Positions 41,889 through 51,737 of a DNA stretch of 64,000 nt are shown here, one piece after another. The notes below the pieces were generated by a model. It did no database searches, had not been told where the DNA came from, and worked only from the letters and a program-made list of their open reading frames with translations. Position numbers and translations under genes: made by a program. The stretch lies in the sequence record OR352946.1, one strand, 5' to 3'. Origin of the DNA: Escherichia phage AV116. The first letter of the stretch is position 1. Each line of letters begins with the position of its first letter.

Positions 41889-43711
41889 TATCCTAGCATC
41901 CAATCTTTACGGAGTTCAGGGTCGTTACCCATGAGCATTTCAAATAGTTCTTTCCAATTTTCAGGAAGTTTAACTACGTCGTACACAGGGTTTTGAATCA
42001 TTTCTTTATATTCATCCCGCTGAAGTGAGCCCAATCCCTTGATGTATCGAATACTATGCTTAGGCAGTGTATCTTTAACTTCTTCATACTCAGCTACAGT
42101 ATAAAACCATTTTTGAGTTTTGCCAATTTGTGCAATAATTACAGGCGTTTTAACAAAGCGAATACGTCCTTGTTCAAACAATTCAGGCCAATTACTAAAG
42201 AAAGCAAGCAAAGCCGGATAAATACTTCCAAGGCCGTCATGATCGGCATCGGTCATAATTGCAATATTACGGTAGTTCGTATTCTCTGCCTTTTCACCAA
42301 GAATAAGACCCGTGATAGCACAGATATCAAAGAGCTCTTTGTTCTTCATCATATCGGCATATGACATACCCCAGCTATTCATCACCTTACCACGTAATGG
42401 GAATCCGCCGTGTAGTTCACGGTCACGAACATCAATGAGATAACCAATTGCCGAATCACCTTCTGTTAAAAACAATGTCGTATCTGCATCTTTACCACAT
42501 TGGTTAGCTTTAATATGCTTATGAACCTTAGCTTTAGTTGCCTTTTTAGCTGCTTTAGTTTCTGCAGCCTTTTCTGCTGCCAATTTACGAGCTAATGCGG
42601 CTTCAATTATAGGCATTAAAACTGCGTCAGAATTCAAAATATTTTTTGCCAATTTTTTTGTATCTAATTTAATATGCGTCCGAATTTCGCCATAAGGACT
42701 TGTTAAACGCTCTTTGGTTTGGGAATCAAAACGAAGGTTCTTCATTCCACGAACGAACATTAAGAGAGTGAGACATTCCTTGATTCGCGCTTTAGTCACG
42801 TCGATTTTATATTTGCGTTTAATAGCCGGAATTAATTCTTCGCTAATGTCGTCCATCACACATTCAATGTGATGACCACCGTTTTTGGTATGGATGTTAT
42901 TCACATAAGTTAAATGACGGAAGCCATCTGGTGACCGTCCAATGGCAATAGAGCATCCGTCTTGTTCTTGAATGATGGTCTCTTCATCAAATTGTTTAGC
43001 AAACTTCTTAAAGTTACCTTGAATCTTTTTGCCATTAAATTTAAATTCAATACCAGGATAAACGACCGCCAATGTTTGGAGCCGGTCTATAGTAATATCT
43101 TGGTATATTTTTTCAAATTGATTCATTTCAAAATGTGAGAAATCAGGAATAAACTCGACCTTAGTACCGTTGTTTTTAGACGGCTTAGATTTCCAAGAAA
43201 TATTATCAGCGTTATTAGAACAATTAACGGTCAATTCATTTTTACCATCTGAAGTAGTGCCAACAAAAGAGACAGAAAAAATATTTGTTAATGAAGAACC
43301 GACACCGTTTTGTCCACCCGTAACACGTTCTTTGTCGTCACCAAAGTTGCCACCGGCTTTTGTACGTGTCCACGCCGCAACTGGTCCTGGAATTTCTTCT
43401 CCTTCAGGAGTAATAACTGTTTCTTGAGGAATACCTCGACCATTATCTTCAACAGTCACTTTATTAGAATTTAAATCAATACTAACGGAAATTTTATTAG
43501 CATATTTGAAATTGGTTCGAATAGCTTCGTCTACTGAGTTGTCAATAATTTCATCAATTAATTTGAGAACACCTGCAACATATTTAACCTTTTTAAATTC
43601 ACCGAATAGGAAACGTTCTTGTTCTTCATTGGCAACACTTCCAATATACATGCCAGGACGCTTCAAACAATGCTCTTTATCAGATAGCATTTCAATTTTA
43701 TTATCAATCAT
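41888..43711 (-). CDS. 39: DNA topoisomerase II large subunit gp39, unsplit (includes the region encoded by T4 gene 60)
   Basis: GHKL ATPase motifs (LIDEIIDNSVDE, DNGRGIP) plus C-terminal TOPRIM region IMTDADHDGLGSIYPALLAFFSNWPELFEQGRIRFVKTP matching recalled T4 gp60. Confidence 0.85.
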   Translation of the reverse strand: MIDNKIEMLSDKEHCLKRPGMYIGSVANEEQERFLFGEFKKVKYVAGVLKLIDEIIDNSVDEAIRTNFKYANKISVSIDLNSNKVTVEDNGRGIPQETVITPEGEEIPGPVAAWTRTKAGGNFGDDKERVTGGQNGVGSSLTNIFSVSFVGTTSDGKNELTVNCSNNADNISWKSKPSKNNGTKVEFIPDFSHFEMNQFEKIYQDITIDRLQTLAVVYPGIEFKFNGKKIQGNFKKFAKQFDEETIIQEQDGCSIAIGRSPDGFRHLTYVNNIHTKNGGHHIECVMDDISEELIPAIKRKYKIDVTKARIKECLTLLMFVRGMKNLRFDSQTKERLTSPYGEIRTHIKLDTKKLAKNILNSDAVLMPIIEAALARKLAAEKAAETKAAKKATKAKVHKHIKANQCGKDADTTLFLTEGDSAIGYLIDVRDRELHGGFPLRGKVMNSWGMSYADMMKNKELFDICAITGLILGEKAENTNYRNIAIMTDADHDGLGSIYPALLAFFSNWPELFEQGRIRFVKTPVIIAQIGKTQKWFYTVAEYEEVKDTLPKHSIRYIKGLGSLQRDEYKEMIQNPVYDVVKLPENWKELFEMLMGNDPELRKDWMLG

Positions 43712-44387
43712 TAGATTTTCTCTCAAATTGCATGACTATATTTTTGTATGAACCTTCCGGAAATCCACGTTTAATGCTTTCTTTAGCAAATTTCCCAACC
43801 TTTGGTTTATCCAATTCTAACCATAATTTATATAAAGCAGATTCATATTCCCATACAGGACTTTTACGATTTTTAAGCCCACACTTTATAAGCGCTTCCT
43901 TTGTATGTTTCTTATTATAAAATGGATTGTTTTTGCCACTCATTGCTTTAGAATGTTCCGGGCGCTTAATTCCATACATCGGATTAAGATCGCCTTTCTT
44001 GATAACGGATTGTAGTTCAATAGTTTCTTCAGAGTGATTGTGTCCATAAAATGGATTTAACTCTTTTGAAACATCCATACCAAAGCACCCATCGACTGTG
44101 GCATAAGACATGTTGAAAAATTTTTCAGATTTAACCACATTATGCAATTTCTGGTAATACAACTCACAAAACGTCGCTTCTTCCCGTGTATCAAATTCGC
44201 CAATAATACATGAATCAAATAAATGAGGATTATCTTTTATCTCTTTATCATAAATTTGTTTATATTTTTTCGACTTTACCGTACCATGATAGTGATTGTT
44301 TGTATGTTTATCAAGATAAGTAGACCCTATATAAAACGGTGGCAACTTATCGCCTGTGTATATTGTTAAGTATGTTATGTATTTCAT
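43704..44387 (-). CDS. GIY-YIG homing endonuclease (Seg-like)
   Basis: 227 aa; YITYLTIYTGDKLPPFYIGST motif and three NPFYG/NPMYG repeats typical of Seg/I-TevI DNA-binding modules; overlaps gene 39 start. Confidence 0.65.
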   Translation of the reverse strand: MKYITYLTIYTGDKLPPFYIGSTYLDKHTNNHYHGTVKSKKYKQIYDKEIKDNPHLFDSCIIGEFDTREEATFCELYYQKLHNVVKSEKFFNMSYATVDGCFGMDVSKELNPFYGHNHSEETIELQSVIKKGDLNPMYGIKRPEHSKAMSGKNNPFYNKKHTKEALIKCGLKNRKSPVWEYESALYKLWLELDKPKVGKFAKESIKRGFPEGSYKNIVMQFERKSND

Positions 44388-44416
44388 AAAGGTATTCTAT
44401 CATCCGAAATCTAAAG

Positions 44417-44435
44417 CAAAAAGGGCCGAAGCCCT
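44417..44435 (-). terminator. intrinsic terminator
   Basis: AGGGCTTCGGCCCT hairpin followed by UUUUU on the minus strand. Confidence 0.6.
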
Positions 44436-44857
44436 TATTTAAATTTAATTTTCTGAAGTGCATCAATTGCAGCCAAACGCCCTTGTTCACTTTTAACTGT
44501 AACGACCACATCGCCTGATACGATCACCGAACCATCAACAAATTCTATAGAGCCTTTTTTGAAATCGACAGCTGTATCTGGTTCCGGAACTTCTTCAAAG
44601 AATTTAAATTCTGCACCATAAAGCAGAATATCACCTTGCATACTAATGATTGTACGTCCAGGTCCATCGGTTTCAGCGGCAATAATCGAAACGCCGTAAC
44701 CAATCATCTCTTCCACAATAAAATCTTTGGACAATAAAGTAGTATGCAGATTAGTATTAAGACGTTTACCAGTCGTATTAAGAATTCTCAAGAAATTATC
44801 TTCCTGTCCTTTGATAATACGATATTTCTTACCAACTTCAAAACCTTTAAAAGCCAT
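44435..44857 (-). CDS. hypothetical protein
   Basis: 140-aa ORF followed by terminator hairpin 44422..44435. Confidence 0.45.
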   Translation of the reverse strand: MAFKGFEVGKKYRIIKGQEDNFLRILNTTGKRLNTNLHTTLLSKDFIVEEMIGYGVSIIAAETDGPGRTIISMQGDILLYGAEFKFFEEVPEPDTAVDFKKGSIEFVDGSVIVSGDVVVTVKSEQGRLAAIDALQKIKFK

Positions 44858-44859
44858 AA

Positions 44860-45039
44860 TTAACCCTTCTTAAGTAAGTCGTAAAAACCACCGTTCACAT
44901 GTTTAGGAGCAGAAACCCGACGAGTAGACAGACGATGACATTCAGGGCAAACATCGGTTTCTCGTTCAGAAATTCTTTTAATTTTTTCATATTCATGACC
45001 ACAATCTTCAGATTGGCATTTATAGTCGTATAACGGCAT
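44860..45039 (-). CDS. small zinc-ribbon protein (FmdB-like)
   Basis: 59 codons [18 protein letters not shown]...DVCPECHRLSTRRV with two Cys pairs; TAATG overlap with upstream ORF; not in the supplied track. Confidence 0.5.
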   Translation of the reverse strand: MPLYDYKCQSEDCGHEYEKIKRISERETDVCPECHRLSTRRVSAPKHVNGGFYDLLKKG

Positions 45040-45470
45040 TATTGTTCCTTAAAGCGAGCTTTCAACATTTGATACAAAGACCATGCCTGGTCGTTATTTT
45101 CGATAGTAATCGTCATCACCGGAAATTCAGACAATTCGTCAAGTTCACCAGAATCTTGCTCTTCGGACTCTTGATATGGATTTCCAACTTCGTCAAAGAA
45201 CTCTGCTTCATTCGTGGAGAGCCAGATAAAGTTTTCATCAAGGATATCACCGCCTGTTGCGTATCCAACCGTGCCAGTAGATGTCACAATTTTAGTAGGA
45301 CGACCAAGATGGTCAACATCTAATACTTTAAATGGTTCCATGCCAAGACGTCGTGCATAAATCCCATTATCAGTGTGGTTTTTAATAAACTCTTCTTGGG
45401 CACGTTTATCTTTAAATTGGTACCATGAGTTAACGTGGAATTTATTAGCCATTAGTAAGTTTCCTTCCAA
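45039..45470 (-). CDS. hypothetical protein
   Basis: 143-aa ORF. Confidence 0.45.
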   Translation of the reverse strand: MEGNLLMANKFHVNSWYQFKDKRAQEEFIKNHTDNGIYARRLGMEPFKVLDVDHLGRPTKIVTSTGTVGYATGGDILDENFIWLSTNEAEFFDEVGNPYQESEEQDSGELDELSEFPVMTITIENNDQAWSLYQMLKARFKEQ

Positions 45471-45679
45471 TAAGTTGTACCGTTTTCAGTGATTTCACGG
45501 AAGATACCATAGATAGGCATTTCATCGCCGAGTTTTTCGTAAACGTAAACCACTTCGGTGTAGCATAAAAATTCGGTCCAGTTTTTCTGTACAACAACTA
45601 AATCAGGATTAAACAGAACATCTTCAAACTCATCGATGTTTGAATCAGTAGTTACGTTTTTAATGATTTGACGTTTCAT
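45452..45679 (-). CDS. hypothetical protein (start moved to internal Met after early promoter)
   Basis: Early promoter 45703..45736 lies inside the longer ORF; AAGAGGAG RBS precedes the ATG at 45679. Confidence 0.45.
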   Translation of the reverse strand: MKRQIIKNVTTDSNIDEFEDVLFNPDLVVVQKNWTEFLCYTEVVYVYEKLGDEMPIYGIFREITENGTTYWKETY

Positions 45680-45736
45680 AATATTCTCCTCTTGTTTTGA
45701 TAGGTCTATAGTATCATAGACCATAGTTGTTGTACA

Positions 45737-46261
45737 TCATTTTAGCAAAATAAAATCAACTTGTTCTGCCAATGAACGTCTAAACATTAATTGACAACTT
45801 CCGAGGATGAAATCAGGTGCTTCATAGACCGCGATGTAGTATCCTTTAGCTTTCAAGAGTTCAACATCCACCTGGTCATCAAACCATGCATAAACCGCAT
45901 CAACACTTTCAAATCCAAAATAGAACCCTTGAGCCCAATCTTCGTTCAATTCAAATGTGTGCTCAATTCTATAGTATCTTAAGATATTTTGTTCAAGGAG
46001 TTTGTCTTCATTTACTGTAGGACGATTAGGGACATTATAGTTGTCGCCGTGATGGTAGAAGTTACCTGAGAGTATTCCATGCTTATCAAGGAACTCCCAT
46101 GTTTCTTCAGAGTTGTCGGTGCCCGACCAACCGTATGGCGAGCGAGGTTCTTTATTCCAAGAGGTTTCCCAAATTCTGACGGCTTTACCATCTTCGATAG
46201 CAATTCCTGGTAATGATTCACGTTGAGTACAAAAACTACGTTCTACGCGATAAACTAACAT
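45737..46261 (-). CDS. hypothetical protein
   Basis: 174-aa ORF with early promoter at 46284..46316. Confidence 0.45.
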   Translation of the reverse strand: MLVYRVERSFCTQRESLPGIAIEDGKAVRIWETSWNKEPRSPYGWSGTDNSEETWEFLDKHGILSGNFYHHGDNYNVPNRPTVNEDKLLEQNILRYYRIEHTFELNEDWAQGFYFGFESVDAVYAWFDDQVDVELLKAKGYYIAVYEAPDFILGSCQLMFRRSLAEQVDFILLK

Positions 46262-46283
46262 ATTATTCTCCTCTGGTTGATAT

Positions 46284-46316
46284 GGTTATAATATCAAAAC
46301 CAAAGGAGAAGTAAAC
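46284..46316 (-). promoter_or_regulatory. T4-type early promoter
   Basis: GTTTACTTCTCCTTTGGTTTTGATATTATAACC on the minus strand. Confidence 0.5.
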
Positions 46317-46320
46317 AATT

Positions 46321-46740
46321 TTATGCGAAAGCAACTGGGCTATATTTTTTAATTTGGAATTCAGGAACTACCATGAACTGACCAGCGAAAACGATGTTAT
46401 AAAGCTTAATACCGTCTTCTACCCAACGGTCGCTAATAAATCCGGCGATTTGCTTAGTTTTCCACGGTGTTCCATCAGTTGCCGCAGCAATAGTGAATTC
46501 ATGGTCTTTTTCAACAGAAACTGATCTGCATAGTCCCCATTTGAACGCTTTTTCTTCCGGTTCAATGAATTGGCTTTTAACGTAACCAATGTTACCATCG
46601 GCGTCACGAACTTTAACTTCGTTACGTCCAAAAACCGGATCACTCACAGAAAGAACTTCAACCAACTTCCCGGCAACTTTAGAGCGAGAAGCAACAGATA
46701 CATATACGTAATCACCTGTAGAGAGATTTACAATATTCAT
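46321..46740 (-). CDS. MotB-like protein, paralogue 2
   Basis: 139 aa; shares SxASRSKxAGKLVEV and ISDxWVEDGxKLYNIVFxG blocks with the adjacent ORF. Confidence 0.5.
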   Translation of the reverse strand: MNIVNLSTGDYVYVSVASRSKVAGKLVEVLSVSDPVFGRNEVKVRDADGNIGYVKSQFIEPEEKAFKWGLCRSVSVEKDHEFTIAAATDGTPWKTKQIAGFISDRWVEDGIKLYNIVFAGQFMVVPEFQIKKYSPVAFA

Positions 46741-46749
46741 AATAATTCC

Positions 46750-47214
46750 TTAAGCTTTACGAGGAGACACATAGCGAGTGATTTCAGATTCTTTAACAAC
46801 TCGGAAGTCACCTAAGAATACGATATTGTATAACTTTTCACCATCTTCAACCCATTGGTCACTAATGAAGCCACACATGGTATCAGTTGTGCTTGGATAA
46901 CCGTATTCGTCGATGTAATCAAATTCTTTATCGGTTATAAATTCAACGCCTTTGCAAAGGGCCCATTTGAACTGTGTAGTAGGCTCAACGATATCGCTTG
47001 AAGCAAAGTGGGCACTTACACGAGTTTCCAAGAATTTAGGACTTACATAGGCGAACTGAGTTTCAGTTTTTCCAGAACTAGGAATGATTCGAACTTTAAC
47101 TTCTTTAATACGGCCCATGCCATTAGTACGAAGTCCTACTACTTCAACCAGCTTTCCTGCAGCTTTAGAACGAGACGCTGTCGATACACGTTTAATTTCA
47201 CCAATATTAATCAT
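46750..47214 (-). CDS. motB: MotB-like protein (start at internal Met after early promoter)
   Basis: Position corresponds to T4 motB next to dexA; early promoter 47245..47274; RBS AAAGAGAG before the ATG at 47214. Confidence 0.5.
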   Translation of the reverse strand: MINIGEIKRVSTASRSKAAGKLVEVVGLRTNGMGRIKEVKVRIIPSSGKTETQFAYVSPKFLETRVSAHFASSDIVEPTTQFKWALCKGVEFITDKEFDYIDEYGYPSTTDTMCGFISDQWVEDGEKLYNIVFLGDFRVVKESEITRYVSPRKA

Positions 47215-47244
47215 ATTTTTTCTCTCTTTGTTTAAGTTAAATTC

Positions 47245-47274
47245 ATTATACTCCAACCATCCTTGGTTGTAAAC
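47245..47274 (-). promoter_or_regulatory. T4-type early promoter (motB-like gene)
   Basis: GTTTACAACCAAGGATGGTTGGAGTATAATGA on the minus strand. Confidence 0.5.
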
Positions 47275-47279
47275 TGGTT

Positions 47280-47957
47280 TTATCGCTGTTTTACACTTAA
47301 CGGGTCAGGATTCTCAGGTACATCTTCAAGGCCAAGCGCATAACGCTGAGCATATTTTAACATCAAAATATCTTTAGCACAATCATGAATACTATCATGG
47401 GCAACGAATCCTTTTAGCGTACCCATCGGTAATGGACACATACTTAATCCTCGTGTCAACGAGTAAGCTTCGATTGCCGTACGAATATCGCGATGAGCCC
47501 AGAATTTAACCGGTTCTAATTTATCAGTATCAATATCTGGTTCAAGAACACCTTCATCACGATAGAGGTCACGAATCAAATCGACCAATATCGGGAAGTC
47601 AAAGCTCATACCACGGCACCACATCTGTGATTTCCGTTGGTCAACTTTATTAGCTCGGCAATAATCTAAAAAGATTTTAATGCCTTCAAGCGTAGTGACA
47701 TCGTCTTCAGACGGAGCCAAGTTTTTACGTGCTTCAGCTGATTGTTCTTTCCACCATTTCATAGTGGATTTAGCGAAAACTCGCTTCCCTTTCTGAGAAG
47801 CTAAATTAAATTTAATTCGCTTACCTCGTTGAACAAGTTCTTCAAACGATTCAACAACTTCAGGGTCTGAATTATATGCAATAACCGCAAGGTCAATAAC
47901 AGCCGCTTTTGATGTATTGCCGAATGTTTCAAAATCTATAATAACATCAGTGCTCAT
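47280..47957 (-). CDS. dexA: exonuclease A (DnaQ-like 3'-5' exonuclease)
   Basis: 225 aa; DEDDh-type motifs (IIDFETFG, HDSIHDCAKD); position next to dda. Confidence 0.8.
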   Translation of the reverse strand: MSTDVIIDFETFGNTSKAAVIDLAVIAYNSDPEVVESFEELVQRGKRIKFNLASQKGKRVFAKSTMKWWKEQSAEARKNLAPSEDDVTTLEGIKIFLDYCRANKVDQRKSQMWCRGMSFDFPILVDLIRDLYRDEGVLEPDIDTDKLEPVKFWAHRDIRTAIEAYSLTRGLSMCPLPMGTLKGFVAHDSIHDCAKDILMLKYAQRYALGLEDVPENPDPLSVKQR

Positions 47958-47966
47958 AATTTTCTC

Positions 47967-49280
47967 TCAAATAAAATGGACGTCAAAACGACCACGAGTT
48001 GTGCCGACATACAATAACTGTTTAGCTAGTTCTGAATCGGCATAATGGATACACGGTGTATAAACAAAGGCAGTGTCAACAGACATACCCTGGGCCTTAT
48101 GGAAGGTTGATACTGGTAGTGCCTTCACCTTAGTGAACATACGTTTAGCATCCCAGAATTCGCTCCATGGAGCTTTACCACCTTTATTCCAGAATTTGTA
48201 TGTTTCTGCGGTCTTAGCCAAAAACAAATTGAATTTATAAAGCTCTTCTTCAGAAGAAATAACCTTTATATCTTCGCGGATGTATTCTTCATCATCCCCA
48301 TATGTTTCTACTGTAAGATTCCAGTATCGTATCATATATTCGCCTGAAACACCACGTGCTTTAACGAATGTAGACGTTTCTACAGCATCTCGAATACGAA
48401 CGAATTGCCCATTATTGAAAAGCATTTCGGTCATATTTTTACCATCTAGCTTATATGTCTTAGTAAACGGCTCTTGTAGAACAATGACTTCGTCTTTAAT
48501 AAATGGTTTTTCTGTTTCAAGAAGTTTTCGGCGAATAATTGAATTTAACTTGTCCACCGACTTATTTGTGAATGCCATCATTCGATTTTCAAAAAGGTCT
48601 TCAGGAGTTTTAACGACATTAAAATAGTTCGTCATATACGATTTAAGGTCTGTATATCCATGAACACCATGTCCGTCAACTACTTTATCGTAAATCCATT
48701 TGCCATTACGAATATCAGTTGCAACATCAATAATTGGTGCATTGCTACGTTTAACTTCTGTAAGGTTGCATTGCACAAAGTCTTTGTGAGTGAAGAAAGG
48801 ACTTAGATACGCGGTTGATTCGCCTAGGTCTACCGGACGAATCTGGCATCGGTCGCCGATTCCAATTACTGTGCACCATTTAGGGATACTAGCTAACATT
48901 ATTTTAAACAGAGAACGGTCGCACATTGACGCTTCATCAAATAACAGTACACGACACAAGGCTAAGTCGGGAACCTTTTTCTGTTCAAACAATACGTTTT
49001 CTTCGTATGTAGTTGGGTTGATTTTAAGAATGCTATGAATAGTCGATGCTTCTTGACCGGCAAGTTTGCTTAGAACCTTTTTAGCGGCATGTGTTGGTGC
49101 TGCTAAAATAATACCTGATTCTCCAGAAGAAATAAGAGCTTCAACGATAAATCTAGTAAGGGTTGTTTTACCTGTACCGGCAGGCCCATTAATAGTTACG
49201 TGATGTTTCTTTTCTTTAATAGCTTTCATAACAACGTTGAAGGCGTTTTTCTGGCCTTCAGTCAAATCATCAAATGTCAT
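47967..49280 (-). CDS. dda: DNA helicase Dda (SF1B)
   Basis: 437 aa; Walker A GPAGTGKTT, Walker B LLFDEASM. Confidence 0.9.
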   Translation of the reverse strand: MTFDDLTEGQKNAFNVVMKAIKEKKHHVTINGPAGTGKTTLTRFIVEALISSGESGIILAAPTHAAKKVLSKLAGQEASTIHSILKINPTTYEENVLFEQKKVPDLALCRVLLFDEASMCDRSLFKIMLASIPKWCTVIGIGDRCQIRPVDLGESTAYLSPFFTHKDFVQCNLTEVKRSNAPIIDVATDIRNGKWIYDKVVDGHGVHGYTDLKSYMTNYFNVVKTPEDLFENRMMAFTNKSVDKLNSIIRRKLLETEKPFIKDEVIVLQEPFTKTYKLDGKNMTEMLFNNGQFVRIRDAVETSTFVKARGVSGEYMIRYWNLTVETYGDDEEYIREDIKVISSEEELYKFNLFLAKTAETYKFWNKGGKAPWSEFWDAKRMFTKVKALPVSTFHKAQGMSVDTAFVYTPCIHYADSELAKQLLYVGTTRGRFDVHFI

Positions 49281-49588
49281 CGTAAAGTCCCTGCAATTGG
49301 AATACTAACAATACGGCCTGTGTCCAGGATTCGTTGATACAATCTTTGTGTCTCCGCATCTAGTTTAACGTGTTTCATTTCAAGCTTATTAAACCAGAAC
49401 TTACGCGGAGTTTCGACCATTCTTAGAACTCCCATTTTTAAATCTGTTTTATACTGTGTTTTCAAAGTATCGAAAACTTTATCTGCAATATCCTTTCTAA
49501 AAAATACTGCAGGACGATGCTCATCAAGTGGAACCGGGACAGTAAATCCTTCCATATCTCGATAAACTATTGCATATACATAAACCAT
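49277..49588 (-). CDS. hypothetical protein (dda.1 position)
   Basis: 103-aa ORF overlapping dda start by 4 nt. Confidence 0.45.
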   Translation of the reverse strand: MVYVYAIVYRDMEGFTVPVPLDEHRPAVFFRKDIADKVFDTLKTQYKTDLKMGVLRMVETPRKFWFNKLEMKHVKLDAETQRLYQRILDTGRIVSIPIAGTLR

Positions 49589-49590
49589 AA

Positions 49591-50337
49591 TTAACCTTTA
49601 ATCAGTTGGAATAATGATGCGCTAAGTGGTAAGCCACGTTTCAATTTTAATTTACCAATGAAACCAATCTTTTCAAAACGTTGCAGACCTTGGATAACTT
49701 TATCATATGTATCGAAAAGCGATTCAGCGTCAGTTAATTTAGTTTTAGTTTTCCAGTCAGAGCCTTTAAGAAGAACGTTGAGTTTAGTAAGTTCATGGCC
49801 TTCTGCTTGATGTGAGCCATTAATGCGTGCTTTCAAAGCAACAATTCTAAGTTTAGACTCATTAGATAAAGGTTGATTTTTCATCATGTTCGCCATATGC
49901 TTAACACGGTTTTCACGTTTTGCTCGGATTTTTAAAATAGTACCATAAACCTTTTTAATTTGGGCCCATTTCTTCTCGTCGAGATTAAGTTTCTCTACTT
50001 TACGAGCAGAAGGATTAGCGATACGTCTTGCAATAGCATCACGTTTCTCAATAAGTTCTTCTAATGTTAAATCAGAACGAGCCGTGTTATATTTTTTCTT
50101 AACTGGGATAACATTACCTTTAATGTAGCCTATATCATTATTAAAACGTTCTAAGGATAATTTCTCACCTTCAACAGAGTTATTAAAAGATTCACCTGAG
50201 TAAGCGCAGACCTTTTGATCAAGAATGTTTTTAATGTAATTAAAGTCTAAGTTAAAATCCTTAGAGCGTCTCTTCGCAGAAGCTCTGGTGTGGTCAAGAC
50301 GACGATTGATTTTGTTAATTTTATTATTTGATAACAT
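49591..50337 (-). CDS. srd: Srd-like protein (sigma decoy), probable
   Basis: 248-aa ORF at the T4 srd position between dda.1 and modA; early promoter 50382..50414. Confidence 0.55.
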   Translation of the reverse strand: MLSNNKINKINRRLDHTRASAKRRSKDFNLDFNYIKNILDQKVCAYSGESFNNSVEGEKLSLERFNNDIGYIKGNVIPVKKKYNTARSDLTLEELIEKRDAIARRIANPSARKVEKLNLDEKKWAQIKKVYGTILKIRAKRENRVKHMANMMKNQPLSNESKLRIVALKARINGSHQAEGHELTKLNVLLKGSDWKTKTKLTDAESLFDTYDKVIQGLQRFEKIGFIGKLKLKRGLPLSASLFQLIKG

Positions 50338-50381
50338 AATATTTTCCTCTGTCTTACGGACGTTAGGTCATTTAGCTGATA

Positions 50382-50414
50382 AGCTTATAATATCATGCCC
50401 TCAGGTAGTGTACA
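50382..50414 (-). promoter_or_regulatory. T4-type early promoter (upstream of srd)
   Basis: GTGTACACTACCTGAGGGCATGATATTATAAGC on the minus strand. Confidence 0.5.
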
Positions 50415-50489
50415 CTCTTTTTTCATAAAATGCTTTAATTTTTTATGTGTTATAATGGTTCTGAGTTCCATCCGGTTATTCCAATTCAG

Positions 50490-51098
50490 TCAGTAACTGA
50501 CAATAGACAGATTCCAGATTGTATAACGTCCATCTTGAATAATAGAATCTACACGCAGTGTAGTCCCTATAGGGAGCATAAATTCACATTCGTCAGATAT
50601 AAGTCTAGCATTAGACCGTCTTGTCGCTTCAGGGAAAGCTCCATTGAACTCACAAGATGGCGCAGCCAGAATCATGTTAAGCATATGTTCACGGAAGTTG
50701 AAAGCAAATGGTGCATCTTTGATGCAGAACATATTAAATGTTCCGTAAAAATTATACGAAGCAAAGTTACGTGCTACACCGAACACTGGGCTGAAGCTCA
50801 TTACTCTGTCAAATTTAATAATACTACCAATGCCTTTATCATCGAGTGTGGCCATAGTTTTCTTAGAGATTCCACGATACATTGTCTCAGGAACAGAAGA
50901 CGACCAATTTCTACGAACAATTGCACTTAAATCTTGTTGGATGCTATCGGGCTTGTTTTCCATACACTGCCACAGTACACTTTGTTCAATGTCGCTGAAT
51001 TGCTCATCGATTTTGTACTGAAGCATATCTTGATAATCTGGGCATTGAGCACGACGAACCATTTCTTCAATTTCACACTCGTTATACGGCATAAACAT
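50490..51098 (-). CDS. modA: ADP-ribosyltransferase ModA
   Basis: 202 aa; YRGIS...S...E arrangement typical of R-S-E ADP-ribosyltransferases; paralogous to next ORF. Confidence 0.7.
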   Translation of the reverse strand: MFMPYNECEIEEMVRRAQCPDYQDMLQYKIDEQFSDIEQSVLWQCMENKPDSIQQDLSAIVRRNWSSSVPETMYRGISKKTMATLDDKGIGSIIKFDRVMSFSPVFGVARNFASYNFYGTFNMFCIKDAPFAFNFREHMLNMILAAPSCEFNGAFPEATRRSNARLISDECEFMLPIGTTLRVDSIIQDGRYTIWNLSIVSY

Positions 51099-51123
51099 TT
51101 AGGTTTCTCCTGTGGTTGATAAA

Positions 51124-51156
51124 GGTATAGTATCATCATCGGAAGAGTTTGTACAC
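51124..51156 (-). promoter_or_regulatory. T4-type early promoter (upstream of modA)
   Basis: GTGTACAAACTCTTCCGATGATGATACTATACC on the minus strand. Confidence 0.5.
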
Positions 51157-51737
51157 TAAAAATTCAACATTTTTAAATGAATGATTTTGTATAATCGAGA
51201 TAAAGGGTCATATTCTAAGTCTTCAATTTCCACAATCTCAAATCTAGAGATACCTGAGACCATATACTCTTGTTCAGATTCAATCATATCTAGGACGTCA
51301 ACACGCGTTTCTTCCATAACATGCTTAGGGTTCTTTCCGGCAAGTACAATGTTAACCATGTTTTGGTAGTAATCAAAAATGAATGGAGCATTCCTGAGAC
51401 TAAGAATAGTGTACGTCTGATATTCCCATCTCCCGGAGAATTGACGAGCTGTACTGAAATCAGTTGTGAACGATGTTACTCGTCCAGGAGACCAATGACA
51501 TCCAACAGAAAGAAGGGAAAGACGTTCTACTTCTTCTGGAGTTACACCACGGTAGAGTTCTACTGGTACTGTAGAAGTCATATGCTTACGAACAAGATGG
51601 TCTAATTCATAGTGGAAATCCGGGTCTTCCTTAGAATCGGTGCAAGCCCAGAGAATGTTTTGTTCTTGGCGGGTGAATTTGCTATCAATCAGATTTGTTA
51701 GGTATTCACGTTCTTGAAGTTCAGATTGACATGTCAT
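51156..51737 (-). CDS. modB: ADP-ribosyltransferase ModB
   Basis: 193 aa; YRGVT motif; tandem paralogue of modA; early promoter 51761..51793. Confidence 0.7.
   Translation of the reverse strand: MTCQSELQEREYLTNLIDSKFTRQEQNILWACTDSKEDPDFHYELDHLVRKHMTSTVPVELYRGVTPEEVERLSLLSVGCHWSPGRVTSFTTDFSTARQFSGRWEYQTYTILSLRNAPFIFDYYQNMVNIVLAGKNPKHVMEETRVDVLDMIESEQEYMVSGISRFEIVEIEDLEYDPLSRLYKIIHLKMLNF

Noticed and set aside
41888-43711. Searched for a gene 60-type 50-nt translational bypass element within the topoisomerase gene
   Set aside because: The reading frame is continuous across the region that T4 encodes as the 39/60 junction; no split and no take-off/landing arrangement is present
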